Shown here: one piece after another, positions 63,140 to 64,000 of the stretch | Layout of the letters: every line of letters starts with the position of its first letter | Position numbering within the stretch: the first letter of the stretch is position 1 | Assembly: GCA_052327205.1 (NCBI GenBank) | Contig: CM126215.1 | Location: 77,438,001 to 77,502,000, forward strand | Reading direction: 5' to 3' | Length of the DNA stretch: 64,000 nucleotides | DNA from: Somniosus microcephalus | Taxonomy: Eukaryota | Translations under genes and position numbers: made by a program | Notes under the pieces: model-generated | Database searches by the model: none | The model's input: the letters and a program-made list of their open reading frames with translations, nothing else | Told to the model about the DNA's origin: nothing

Positions 63140-63640
63140 CAGGACCAGTAGATAAAAAGCCGTGGAGACTGTACAGCATAGATTCACCAGGATGAGGCCA
63201 GGGAGGATAAACTATAGTTACGAGGAGAGATTTAAGTTACTGAGATTTTGCCACTGGAGCAGAGAAGACTGAAGAAATTTAATAGAGGTTTTTAAAATTA
63301 TGAAGGGTTTTGATAGACTGAATAGGGAAAAAGTATTTTATCTAGTTTGGAAGATTGTGAAGAGGCAGGGTCATTAATTTAACATTTTCACTAAAAGAGT
63401 GAGGAGAGATGTTTTGAGAAATTTCTTTATGTAATTAGTTGTTGGAGCATGGAATGGCTCCATTGATGCGAAGATCATTGCATCTTTTAAGGGAATATTG
63501 GATATGTAATCAAAGCAGAGGAAGATACAGGGCTATAAGTGAGGGCGAGAAAATGGATTTGTTTTGGATTGTTCTAGCCAAGAGCTGACATAGATACAAT
63601 GGGCCGAATATCCTTCTGTGCTGTAATCTTCTATGGCTCT
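63140..63640 (+). mobile_element. old CR1 3' fragment
   Basis: Decayed RFTRM..G..YEER and LIEVFKIMKG motifs; 3' UTR ATGGGCCGAAT..CCTTCTGTGCTGT..TTCTATG. Confidence 0.7.
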
Positions 63641-63649
63641 GTAAGGAAT

Positions 63650-63860
63650 GAAAAGTAAAGGATACTAGCCATGAGATGGAGGCAGGGAGGCCTTCAACTT
63701 CACTCTCCCCTGCTACCCCTACTGTTTCTACAACCACAATCTTGATAGCCATGCACTCATAATGAGCCACAAGTCGCAGCTTTGGTGAGCTCACTCCTAT
63801 CTGTATATGTTCTCTGTTGTCATATGCAGCCTTATCCTGCAAGCAAATAGGTAAGGGACT
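63650..63860 (-). pseudogene. Harbinger Myb/SANT gene exon-2-like remnant
   Basis: TTGCAG acceptor then DKAAYDNRE..IG, similar to the exon at ~58575. Confidence 0.45.
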
Positions 63861-64000
63861 TGTGTTGGAAAGAAGAATATGAGAGATGTGTGCCACCCAA
63901 GTGCCTAGGCCACCAGCACCTTTTGAAAATGTGTGAAGGTGCAGCATTCAGAAAGCACATGTTGGTGGTATGCTTGGTGTTGTTCACATTTAATAGGGTA

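Overview
Repeat-dense vertebrate genomic DNA, most likely from a cartilaginous fish (inferred from SacSINE1/DeuSINE-like SINEs and shark-type CR1, Penelope and Harbinger families). No host protein-coding exon could be supported. The window is a nest of transposable elements: many CR1 LINE copies (one young, with an uninterrupted ORF2), several two-gene PIF/Harbinger elements and MITEs, a Penelope element, RTE and L2 fragments, and three Gypsy (Mag-like) LTR retrotransposons, each with both LTRs, PBS, PPT and a 5-bp TSD. The stand-out is the LTR element at 42306-47577. It keeps gag and protease, but RT/RNase H/integrase are replaced, in one continuous 1108-codon frame, by a chain of what I recognise as host-gene fragments (EVI5, an ANKRD24/RAI14-family gene, optineurin, DNAJC21). 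A related full-length element at 8430-13279 represents a candidate helper family. A third element (51214-53946) independently lost RT and the integrase core through two in-frame deletions. All homology calls are from recalled sequences and need a database search.
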